Positions 54,937-64,000 of a stretch of DNA of 64,000 nucleotides are shown one piece after another. The stretch spans positions 15,035 through 79,034 of the forward strand of contig JBOICV010000164.1 of assembly GCA_050740255.1 (NCBI GenBank). Direction: 5' to 3'. Both the position numbers and the translations under genes were made by a program. Position 1 is the first letter of the stretch. The number at the start of each line of letters is the position of its first letter. This DNA comes from Nevskiales bacterium (GTDB lineage: Bacteria > Pseudomonadota > Gammaproteobacteria > Nevskiales > JBOICV01). Under the pieces are notes generated by a model. That model ran no database searches. It was not told the DNA's origin and was given only the letters and a program-made list of their open reading frames with translations.

Positions 54937-55104
54937 GTGCTGCAGCAGGGAGAGCAGCATCAGCTCCCTGAACAATTCTTGCAGCGAGGCGTCTTTGCGC
55001 GCATCGTTCGCGCGCCACGCCAAGCGCACGGCGTTGGAGTCCCGATCCAGAATTTGCAGCCGCGGTTCGCCGTTCTCAATCCAGGCGTCAATGGTGAAAC
55101 CCAT
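54847..55104 (-). CDS. hypothetical small protein
   Basis: 85-aa ORF with GAGGA 7 nt upstream of the ATG. The last 90 nt overlap the convergent ORF 54661..54936. No family recognised. Confidence 0.45.
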   Translation of the reverse strand: MGFTIDAWIENGEPRLQILDRDSNAVRLAWRANDARKDASLQELFRELMLLSLLQHLAKDQPRQIGDQQHDDRNDHHQDLACTRN

Positions 55105-55160
55105 GGTCTTATCCTCATTGATAACCCCTCACTTGTAACGATAATGATTCTCATTCGTAT

Positions 55161-56021
55161 ATGTCAAGTCCAAGGGTAGGTCTATTGGGTCTCGGCGCCA
55201 TGGGTCAGCACATGGCGCGCAACTTAAGCAAACACAAATTACTGACCGGCGTCTGGAACCGCAGCCGCGCGCGGGCCGAAACCCTGGCTGTGGAGCTTGG
55301 TTGCGATAACCCTGCAACACCCGGGGAGCTGGCCAGCCGCTGCGACGCGCTGCTGCTGTGCGTCTCCGCCGACGCGGATGTATTGGAAGTGATCGTCGCG
55401 CTGAAACCCGGCCTGAGCCGTGGCGCGCTGGTGATTGACTGCTCCACCGTGAGCCGAGAAACCGCGCAACGCGCCGCACGCGAACTGACGGAAGTCGGTG
55501 GGGAATTTCTCGACGCGCCAGTGTCCGGTGGCGTCGAAGGCGCCAGAAACGCAACGCTCACTATCATGTGCGGCGGCACGCCGGCGGCGTTTCAAAACGC
55601 CCAGCCGCTACTGTCAGCAATTGGCCAGCGCGTTGTGCACATGGGTCCCGTCGGCAGCGGCCAGGCAACGAAAGCCGTGAACCAGGTGATGGCTGCCGGC
55701 ATCAATCAAGCAGTATGTGAAGCGCTGGCCTTTGCGCGGGCGCTGAACTTGCCGCTGGATGAAGTGATTGACGCGATTGGCTCCGGCGCCGCGGGCAACT
55801 GGTTTATCAATCACCGTGGCAAGGCCATGACGAAAGGCGTATTTGCGCCCGGCTTCAAACTGGCGCTGCATCACAAGGATTTGGACATCTGCCTGCAGAT
55901 GGCACACCAGGCCGGCGTTGAAATCCCGCTGTCAGCACAGACGCGCGATGAATACGCGAAGCTGATGCGCGACGGTCACGGCGACGACGATATCTCCGGC
56001 TTGTTCCGCTTGCGCCGATGA
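55161..56021 (+). CDS. NAD(P)-dependent oxidoreductase (3-hydroxyisobutyrate dehydrogenase family)
   Basis: 286 aa. GLLGLGAMG Rossmann motif, DAPVSGG, and catalytic Lys context GQATKAVNQ. Confidence 0.85.
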   Translation: MSSPRVGLLGLGAMGQHMARNLSKHKLLTGVWNRSRARAETLAVELGCDNPATPGELASRCDALLLCVSADADVLEVIVALKPGLSRGALVIDCSTVSRETAQRAARELTEVGGEFLDAPVSGGVEGARNATLTIMCGGTPAAFQNAQPLLSAIGQRVVHMGPVGSGQATKAVNQVMAAGINQAVCEALAFARALNLPLDEVIDAIGSGAAGNWFINHRGKAMTKGVFAPGFKLALHHKDLDICLQMAHQAGVEIPLSAQTRDEYAKLMRDGHGDDDISGLFRLRR

Positions 56022-56629
56022 TTGCCGTTCCGACTCAGGCGATACTCGAGCTGTGGTTTGGCGATGGGCTCGCTCAGCCCGCACGCTTAACCGAGGTCGC
56101 CGGCCGCTGGTTTGAAGCCCACCCGCAATTCGACCAATCGCTGCGTGAAAGATACGCGAGCTTGTTGGCGACGGTGGTGCGCGAGACGCCGTGGCAGGGA
56201 GCCATTGACGAAACCCTGGCGCGAGTGCTGCTGCTGGATCAGTTCAGCCGGAATATTCACCGCGGCCAAGCTGCCGCCTTCGCCTACGATGCTTCGGCAC
56301 AGGCGCTGATGCGCGGCGCAATTGACGCGGGTACGGATACGGCGCTGCCGCCCATCGGGCGCTCTTTTCTCTACATGCCGCTGCAGCACGCGGAAGATCC
56401 GGCGCTACAGCGGGAATCGGTGCAGCGCTTTACGGCGCTGGTGGCCGAAGCGAGACATCCGGCGGAGCGAAAGTTGCTCAGTGGCTCCGCCGATTACGCC
56501 AGGCTGCACGCGGATATCATCGAACGCTTCGGCCGCTTTCCGCATCGTAATGCCCTGCTCGATCGACCGTCCGATCCGGCGGAACGGGCCTATCTCGAAT
56601 CAGGCGCACCGCGTTTCGGCCAAAGCTGA
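56018..56629 (+). CDS. DUF924 family protein
   Basis: 203 aa. LDQFSRN and RFGRFPHRN motifs. 4-nt overlap with the upstream gene. Confidence 0.8.
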   Translation: MIAVPTQAILELWFGDGLAQPARLTEVAGRWFEAHPQFDQSLRERYASLLATVVRETPWQGAIDETLARVLLLDQFSRNIHRGQAAAFAYDASAQALMRGAIDAGTDTALPPIGRSFLYMPLQHAEDPALQRESVQRFTALVAEARHPAERKLLSGSADYARLHADIIERFGRFPHRNALLDRPSDPAERAYLESGAPRFGQS

Positions 56630-56660
56630 AACGCGGCGCGGCCGGGCCTCCGCAAGATTT

Positions 56661-57758
56661 CTAACGATAGAGAATCTTGAACTCGACCCGGCGGTTCCGG
56701 GCGCGACCATCCGGATCATCGCGACCGTCGCTGCGCGTGTTGGGCGCCACCGGCCGCGTCTCGCCATAACCGGCCGCCGTCAGGCGCGAGCGCTCGATGC
56801 CGGCGTTGACCAGAAAATTCATGACGCTCGCGGCGCGCTCGAGCGACAGGCGCTGGTTATACGTCGGGCTGCCGATGTGGTCCGTATGGCCGGCAATCTC
56901 CACCCTCATTGACGGCTGCCCGCGCATCGCGTTCACGGCCGCCTGCAGTATCGGGTGTGAGGCCGGGGTGAGCCGCGCGGAGTCGAACTCGAAATTGACG
57001 TCGCGCAAGACCACGACCAGCTTTTCCTTGGCGCAGCCGTAGCGATCCACCTCGCTTCCTCGCATCGTATCGGGGCAGCGATCGGCACGATCCAGCACGC
57101 CGTCGCCGTCGGAATCACGCGGCGGTGGGGGCGGCCGGCGCACCGGCTCCGGGATCACTTCCACTTCCCGGCGTTCGGTACGCTCAACGTGTTGCGTTTG
57201 GCGCGTCGGTATGACGAGCGCGAGGTTTAGGTGCAGGTCTTCGGGGTCCTCGTGGTAGTTGTCTATGACATAGCGCACATCGCTACGCAGACGCAGGCCG
57301 TAGGAGTTGAGCTTGCCCGTCATCAGGCCGACACCCACGTTGCCGAAGACATCGGTTTTTTCGCGGCCCGGGTCCGGGCTGTTGCGCACCGCGCCGAGCC
57401 CGGCCAGGAAATACGGCGTGAAGCGGTCGGGATTCACATAGAAGACGCTGTCCAGCCCCAGCGCAATACGGTCCGCGTCAGTGCCTGAAACCGGCGCGTC
57501 GAACTCGGCGTAGGACAGGTTCAGTTCAAACGCCCAGCGCTGGGATGAGGGCCAACCGAAGAATACCTGGGCGCCGGCGCCATCGTCGGTCTCCACGGGG
57601 CGGTTACGCTCATCGCTGAAGACATAGGTCCCGCCGAAGCCGAAATACGGGGCGTCGATTTGCCCGTCGTCGTGAGCGGCAAAGCTCAGGCCGGGGCAGA
57701 TCGTGCAAACAACAACGGAAAATCCGGTCAGCAGTCGCGCCAGAGTCAGCCGTTTCAT
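56661..57758 (-). CDS. OmpA-family outer-membrane protein with thrombospondin type-3 repeat
   Basis: 365 aa. Signal peptide, N-terminal barrel, DSDGDGVLDRADRCPDT calcium-binding repeat, and a C-terminal OmpA peptidoglycan-binding domain (GHTD..G...YN..LS..RA). Confidence 0.85.
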   Translation of the reverse strand: MKRLTLARLLTGFSVVVCTICPGLSFAAHDDGQIDAPYFGFGGTYVFSDERNRPVETDDGAGAQVFFGWPSSQRWAFELNLSYAEFDAPVSGTDADRIALGLDSVFYVNPDRFTPYFLAGLGAVRNSPDPGREKTDVFGNVGVGLMTGKLNSYGLRLRSDVRYVIDNYHEDPEDLHLNLALVIPTRQTQHVERTERREVEVIPEPVRRPPPPPRDSDGDGVLDRADRCPDTMRGSEVDRYGCAKEKLVVVLRDVNFEFDSARLTPASHPILQAAVNAMRGQPSMRVEIAGHTDHIGSPTYNQRLSLERAASVMNFLVNAGIERSRLTAAGYGETRPVAPNTRSDGRDDPDGRARNRRVEFKILYR

Positions 57759-57985
57759 AGCTCTCTCCCATCATTGTTAGGTTCACGGCGTCATGAGTTG
57801 ACGCGGGCCTTTGGAAAATAGTTCCGCGCCTCCCGTCGCCAAAAGCAACAGGTCTCCCGGCTCGGGACGGCAGGCGGCCACGCGGAACATACCCTGTTGC
57901 GGGGCGCTGGCTCTGTACGCCATCGCACTGAGTGAGTGTATACGAACCCGGGTAAGGGGTCGCTACAACGGCCGCGGGGTTGGCT

Positions 57986-58705
57986 TCAGTTCAGCCCAAG
58001 GGTGGTATTGGTGCCGGAGCGGCCCACGGTGTCGGGATCAGGCGCGGTGCGCAGCAGCCGATCACCCAGGCCCATCGAGACCCCCCACCAGTAGTTTTCG
58101 TTGCGGAAATGGTGATAGCGATGCTCGCGCACGCGGCGTTTGTAGTACTCAATCTCAGGGCACCACGGAATATGCGACAGCATGTGCACCCATTCGTAAT
58201 GCAGGCCGAGCAGGAGATAAACCGTGAGTCCGGTCAGTGCGAGCTCCTTCCAGGGCCACAACGCCCACAGGATCAAACCCGCGGTGAACGGCGTCCAGAA
58301 ATGCACATGCCGCGGGATGAACACCCACTTCGGATTCCAGGGGTCGGCGTGGTGACGGCGGTGCGTCTTCGGCAGATAGAAGTCAAGCGTGCGGCCGAAT
58401 ATTTTGCGCGGCTTGTAGTGCAGCATGAAGACATGAATCAGCCACTCGTTGATGGGAAAATAGGCCACAAGTGCGAGCGCCACCGCAGCGTCTTTCCAAC
58501 TGAAAGCGCCAAGCGATAGACGCCAGATGCCGAAAATGGCGATGAACAGCGTAATCAACTGCCCGCTCGGGTGCGACACGAACAATTTGAGCGCGGCGCC
58601 GAAATCTTTGGGCAGCGTATCCGGCGGACGCATCGGATTGCGCCTGGCAGTTTCGGAGGCGGCAATCATCTCGCTGTCGGTGGCGCGTGCTTCGATGCTA
58701 GTCAT
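57986..58705 (-). CDS. membrane fatty-acid desaturase/hydroxylase family protein
   Basis: 239 aa with three His boxes: HVFMLH, HRRHH, HRYHH. Confidence 0.8.
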   Translation of the reverse strand: MTSIEARATDSEMIAASETARRNPMRPPDTLPKDFGAALKLFVSHPSGQLITLFIAIFGIWRLSLGAFSWKDAAVALALVAYFPINEWLIHVFMLHYKPRKIFGRTLDFYLPKTHRRHHADPWNPKWVFIPRHVHFWTPFTAGLILWALWPWKELALTGLTVYLLLGLHYEWVHMLSHIPWCPEIEYYKRRVREHRYHHFRNENYWWGVSMGLGDRLLRTAPDPDTVGRSGTNTTLGLN

Positions 58706-58716
58706 GGGTAAGCTCC

Positions 58717-60186
58717 TCAGGAAGGAAAGGCCACGGGGCCGGTCCAGAAACCGTGCTCGCCGGCTTTTTCATACAGACCGCGCAATTGGCGCACATGCAG
58801 CTCGTCCGCTGATTTAACCGTCGGTGCGAATGAAGGAAGCGAGAGCGTAGGCAGCGGCAAGACCACGCCCGGATCCAGCGGGCCGGGCAGATTGATCTGC
58901 GGCCAGTTGCTGTAGCGCTGGCAGTCGAGGCCGTAAGTGCCGTTCTGCACGCTGTAGCCACGCGAGGCGAGATTGGGTGGATGGTCCCAGTCCAGCGCGT
59001 GGGCCAGATTGCCCGAATGCGCCGCGCGGCTGCCAATCGGCGGCAGGTCAAAGCGCCAGGAAAAGAAATTCAGAATGGCGTTCGGATGCAGCAGATCGTG
59101 GCAGACATGGCCACGCCGTGCACGCGGTCCGATCAGCGCGCAGGGGACGCGAAACCCGAGCCGGCCATCGTTGCCGGTAACTTCGAGGTCACGCGTGGAG
59201 GGCGGCACGATGGGCGGCGCTACGTGATCGAAGAAGCCGCCCCATTCGTCGTAGTTGATGATCAGCAGCGTCTTGCCCCATTGGGGTCCGGTGCGCAGCG
59301 CGTCGTAAACGCGGTTCAATAGCACCTGACCGGCGCGCACATCGGAATGCGGATGATCGTCGTTCGACAAGGCGTTCGGCGCACCGGATTCGAAAATCGG
59401 GTCCACGTAGCTGATCGCCGGCAGATTGCCGAGTGCGCAGTCAACAAAAAAGGTTTCCAGCGGGCGGCTGATTGAAAGATACTTGGTCTTCGACCACAGG
59501 CCGACGAAGGGCAGGTTGCCGTAGTAGTAACGGCCTTCAACACCCGCGGTGGCGAGCGCGTCCCATAAGGATGGCAACTGCGACTCCTTCTCGATGCCAT
59601 CGCCGTCGAGGAAGTCGTTGTCGCCGGCGTGCATGTAGAAGCGATTCGGCCAGGTGCCGGCCATGATGCCGCTGAAGTAGTTGTCGCAAATGGTCCAGTC
59701 GTCGGCTACGCCCGAGTAAAACGGCAAGTCTTCGCGGCGGTAATAACCGAGCGGCAGGGTGTCGCCGAGCAGGGTCGGATCGGTGTGCAGCCAGCCACCC
59801 TGCAGATGGATACGTCCGCCTTCGTAACCATGATTCGGATCGCTGCTGCCGCAGCCCTGCCAGGGCGAGGCATGGCCGTCCAGCATCGGATAGGTGTTTT
59901 GCATCACCCCGGCGCGATCGGGGAAGCTGAGACCGGCCTGCACACCGTCGGCGCCCGGCACCCAGCCGAGAAAATGATCGAAGGAGCGGTTCTCCATCAT
60001 CAGCAGCACGATGTGATCAATACCGCTATCGCGCGGATCTGGCAGCGCGCGCGAACTGCTGGCACTCGCTGCGCTCGCCAAACCGCTGTCGCCGCCGGAT
60101 TTGCAGCCCGGTAGCGTCATCGCGCCGATGCCGGCGGCGAGGCCGGCCAGCAGTTGGCGGCGGCCGGCGTCGTACTCTTTCGTCAC
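58717..60186 (-). CDS. phosphoesterase family protein (non-haemolytic phospholipase C / AcpA type), Tat-lipoprotein signal
   Basis: 489 aa. RRQLLAGLAAGIGAMTLPGC (twin-Arg plus lipobox) and the MENRSFDHFLGW family motif. Confidence 0.85.
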   Translation of the reverse strand: MTKEYDAGRRQLLAGLAAGIGAMTLPGCKSGGDSGLASAASASSSRALPDPRDSGIDHIVLLMMENRSFDHFLGWVPGADGVQAGLSFPDRAGVMQNTYPMLDGHASPWQGCGSSDPNHGYEGGRIHLQGGWLHTDPTLLGDTLPLGYYRREDLPFYSGVADDWTICDNYFSGIMAGTWPNRFYMHAGDNDFLDGDGIEKESQLPSLWDALATAGVEGRYYYGNLPFVGLWSKTKYLSISRPLETFFVDCALGNLPAISYVDPIFESGAPNALSNDDHPHSDVRAGQVLLNRVYDALRTGPQWGKTLLIINYDEWGGFFDHVAPPIVPPSTRDLEVTGNDGRLGFRVPCALIGPRARRGHVCHDLLHPNAILNFFSWRFDLPPIGSRAAHSGNLAHALDWDHPPNLASRGYSVQNGTYGLDCQRYSNWPQINLPGPLDPGVVLPLPTLSLPSFAPTVKSADELHVRQLRGLYEKAGEHGFWTGPVAFPS

Positions 60187-60929
60187 GCGGGCGTCCGATT
60201 TTTCGGCATGGCGTCCAGTACACGCTCCAGCGCCATGCGGCCAATCTCGACGTGTTTGCGGCCACAGTCCCGCGCCAGCTCACTATCGCCGTCGCGTACG
60301 GCATTGACGAGACGCTGCAGATTGTCGAAATCACGGAACTCGGGTTCGAGCACCCGCGTCAACAGGCCCCAAATATTCCGGTAGGTCTTGTTCATGGAAT
60401 TGAACGCCAGCCGGAAAGCGATGTTGCCGCAGTTCTGGACTAGCAATTGCCAGAACTCCAAGGCGAACGGCTGCAGTGCGGCAGTATCCTTGGCGCAAGC
60501 GCGCATTTTCATCAGCACCGCGTCCAGCGCATCCGCCAGCGTCGCGCCACCGCGCTTGGCCGCCGCGGCGGCGATATCCGGCGCGAAACTACTGCGCATG
60601 CCCATGATCGAGCGCGCGACGGTTGGATTGATATTTCCGTGTTGGTCGGTAAGCAGGCTTGGTAGCAATTCCAGTCCCCCTTCGGTTTCGTAATCGAGCA
60701 CCACGTGATTGCCGCCCTGGCGCACCGCGATCAGACCGGCCTGCTGCAGTCGTTTGACCGCCTCGCGCACCGCGCCACGGTTCACGCCCAGTTTTTCCGC
60801 CAGAACGCGCTCCGCGGGCAGCTCGCTGCCGGGCGCCAGATCACGGGCGACGATGCGCCGCCGCAGTTGCTGGTATACGGCTTCGGAAACAGGTTGGCGC
60901 TGGACGGACTGGAACATCATGGCCCCCAA
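60183..60929 (-). CDS. GntR/FadR-family transcriptional regulator
   Basis: 248 aa. N-terminal winged HTH (LPAERVLAEKLGVNRGAVREAVKRL) and FCD-type C-domain. 4-nt overlap with the phosphoesterase start. Confidence 0.9.
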   Translation of the reverse strand: MGAMMFQSVQRQPVSEAVYQQLRRRIVARDLAPGSELPAERVLAEKLGVNRGAVREAVKRLQQAGLIAVRQGGNHVVLDYETEGGLELLPSLLTDQHGNINPTVARSIMGMRSSFAPDIAAAAAKRGGATLADALDAVLMKMRACAKDTAALQPFALEFWQLLVQNCGNIAFRLAFNSMNKTYRNIWGLLTRVLEPEFRDFDNLQRLVNAVRDGDSELARDCGRKHVEIGRMALERVLDAMPKNRTPA

Positions 60930-60933
60930 TATG

Positions 60934-60953
60934 CTGGTAACATATCATACCAG
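60934..60953. promoter_or_regulatory. FadR/GntR-type operator candidate
   Basis: Perfect dyad CTGGTA-ACATATCA-TACCAG, 5 nt upstream of the GntR start codon. It fits the GntR-family core t.GT...AC.a. Confidence 0.5.
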
Positions 60954-61002
60954 TTCATGGAATCAAAATATACATGACTATAACTACAGTGTATTCAATC
61001 TC

Positions 61003-61380
61003 TTAGCTGGATAAAGCTTGGCGCCAGAGCCGCCACAGGGTGAAGGGACCGAAACTCAAGCAGAACCCCACAATGACTGTCTCGGCCCACATTTGGGCGC
61101 TCATCGGCGCGCGGAAATGGCCTTGCTCGATATTGAACAGCAAGTCCATGCAGCCCAGGAAAATCATGGCGCTGCCGGCGCATAACCCCCAGAACAGGGC
61201 GCGCCGGTCGCCGCGCCACAGAAAATAGGCGGCGAACAAAAAGCACAGCGCCATCCAGCCGTCAGCAAGCGGGAAGGCGTTTTCAAACGCGAGATAGACT
61301 TCATCGACACGGACCTGGGTATCGCCGGTGGTGAAGTACACCAGCCAATACGCGACGGTGCCGAGTGCGGCGATCAGCAT
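61003..61380 (-). CDS. hypothetical 4-TM membrane protein
   Basis: Only the C-terminal 125 codons of ORF 61003..62025 lie outside argH. ATG 61380 (MLIAALGTVAYWLVYF..) gives a compact hydrophobic protein. Confidence 0.6.
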   Translation of the reverse strand: MLIAALGTVAYWLVYFTTGDTQVRVDEVYLAFENAFPLADGWMALCFLFAAYFLWRGDRRALFWGLCAGSAMIFLGCMDLLFNIEQGHFRAPMSAQMWAETVIVGFCLSFGPFTLWRLWRQALSS

Positions 61381-61415
61381 GAACGCCGCGTGAATGCGAT
61401 CAGACTTTCGCGAGC

Positions 61416-62822
<1,407 letters not shown>

Positions 62823-62918
62823 GACTCCAAGCCCGCCCGAAGTTCACCGTCCCTGCGCAAAACGCGCGCAGTATAACGCCGGGCGCTTGACCCCCGCGTC
62901 CGGGCGCACAAGACTGGC

Positions 62919-63977
62919 GTGATGCGCGCCGATTTCAGCTCTCGCCAGCCGCCCACCGCCGGCAATCCCTTTCTGCCGGATTTTTGCGCGGCTGGGCCGG
63001 TGCTGAGCGTGCTGCTGATCACCCAACTCGTGGCGATTCTGCTGACTCTCGCCAGACTGCCGGCCACGACCGAGCTATGGCCGCAGTTTCTGATGTTGTC
63101 GCTTTATCTGCAGTGGATCGGTTTGTGCAGCGCCGCGGCGCTGTGCGGCCTACGCCGCTGGCTGATGATGGCCAGCGGACCGGTGATGGCCTTGACCTGT
63201 TATGCCGCCTTGCTGGCCGTCACCTGGCTGATCAGCGAGTTCGCGCTGTTGATTGCGCAGCGCTATGCGCTCGCGCCGCTGGCGGACATATCGCGCGGCG
63301 AATTCCTGATCCGCAGTCTGGGCGTGTGCGCCATCGTCAGCGCGCTGGCGCTGCGCTATTTCTGGCTGGCGCGGCAATGGCGCACGCAGACCCTGGCCGA
63401 GGGCAATGCGCGTTACCAGATGCTGCAGGCGCGCATCCGCCCGCATTTTCTGTTCAACAGCCTAAACAGCATCGCTGCGCTTACCGCGCTGAATCCGAAA
63501 CTGGCCGAACACGCCATAGAAGACTTGTCGGCCTTGTTCCGCGCCAATCTCGCCGAAGATGCCGCGGCCGCGACGCTGCAGGAAGAGGTTGATCTGGCGC
63601 AGGCTTACGCGCGCATCGAACAACTGCGGCTCGGCGAGCGCCTGCGCCTGTCGTGGAAGCTGGCGCCGGCGAGTCTGAGCGCGCGCTTGCCGCCGCTGAC
63701 GCTGCAGCCGCTGATCGAGAATGCGGTGCGCCATGGTATTGAGCCGCTAGCGGAAGGTGGCGCGGTGGAGGTGCGGGCCGACGCGAGTGACGGCGTGCTG
63801 GAGCTGTCCGTACGCAATCCGGCGACCGGCGACAGCGGACGCCCCGGCCGCGGCGAAGCCCTGGAAAATATCCGGCAACGCCTCAATCTTTTATATGGGG
63901 CGGGCCGCGCGGCCTTGCTGACTGAACATAACGGTAATGAATTTATCGTGCGCTTGCGTGTCCCGAGCCTGAGTTAA
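62919..63977 (+). CDS. algZ: LytS/AlgZ(FimS)-type sensor histidine kinase
   Basis: 352 aa. N-terminal FLPDFC and TM segments, His_kinase motif RIRPHFLFNSLNSI, and an HATPase tail. Synteny argH-algZ-algR as in Pseudomonas. Confidence 0.85.
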   Translation: MMRADFSSRQPPTAGNPFLPDFCAAGPVLSVLLITQLVAILLTLARLPATTELWPQFLMLSLYLQWIGLCSAAALCGLRRWLMMASGPVMALTCYAALLAVTWLISEFALLIAQRYALAPLADISRGEFLIRSLGVCAIVSALALRYFWLARQWRTQTLAEGNARYQMLQARIRPHFLFNSLNSIAALTALNPKLAEHAIEDLSALFRANLAEDAAAATLQEEVDLAQAYARIEQLRLGERLRLSWKLAPASLSARLPPLTLQPLIENAVRHGIEPLAEGGAVEVRADASDGVLELSVRNPATGDSGRPGRGEALENIRQRLNLLYGAGRAALLTEHNGNEFIVRLRVPSLS

Positions 63978-64000
63978 TGCGCCTGGTTATTGCCGATGAT
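63977..64000 (+). CDS. algR: response regulator, first 8 codons only (probable LytTR/AlgR type)
   Basis: The ATG overlaps the kinase stop (TAATG). MRLVIADD is a typical receiver-domain N-terminus. Truncated by the window end. Confidence 0.4.

Overview
This is a gene-dense, high-GC chromosomal segment that looks gammaproteobacterial. The backbone synteny is Pseudomonas-like, with polA-engB-cc4-dsbA at the left end and argH-algZ/fimS-algR at the right end. I support about 60 protein genes, one tRNA-Arg(CCG), several rho-independent terminators, three sigma54-type promoters, a few candidate operators and several families of REP/MITE-like hairpin repeats. I saw no rRNA, CRISPR array, transposase, integrase or prophage. 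The main blocks, left to right: (1) housekeeping genes interrupted by an esterase and an AT-rich orphan membrane gene. (2) An L,D-transpeptidase/TPR pair. (3) A TetR-linked SDR/kinase/phosphatase operon. (4) A 7-gene envelope operon: DUF1302, two DUF1329, Ycf48-like, RND/MMPL and two unknowns. (5) A Tyr-rich secreted protein. (6) tRNA-Arg, cytochrome c5 and four small outer-membrane barrel genes, two of them TorF-family. (7) An ~11-kb nitrogen-scavenging operon: NitT/TauT-type ABC transporter, creatininase-like, glutamine-synthetase-like, NikR-like regulator, UAAP1/UAAP2 (carboxyguanidine-deiminase-like) and urea/guanidine carboxylase, with a divergent allophanate hydrolase and PPK2. (8) A third TorF porin, comM and ubiK. 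(9) Two tandem glnK-amtB pairs. (10) speE/speA, a GntR-phospholipase C-desaturase operon, argH and algZ. The most interesting signal is in block 7. The operon has no guanidine riboswitch that I can recognise by eye. It appears to be driven by a sigma54 promoter, followed in the leader by a near-perfect E. coli-type NikR operator (GTATGA-N16-TAATAC). The operon also encodes a NikR-family regulator that keeps the DNA-reading residues but lacks two of the four canonical nickel ligands. All family assignments come from motif recognition by eye; no database search was run.
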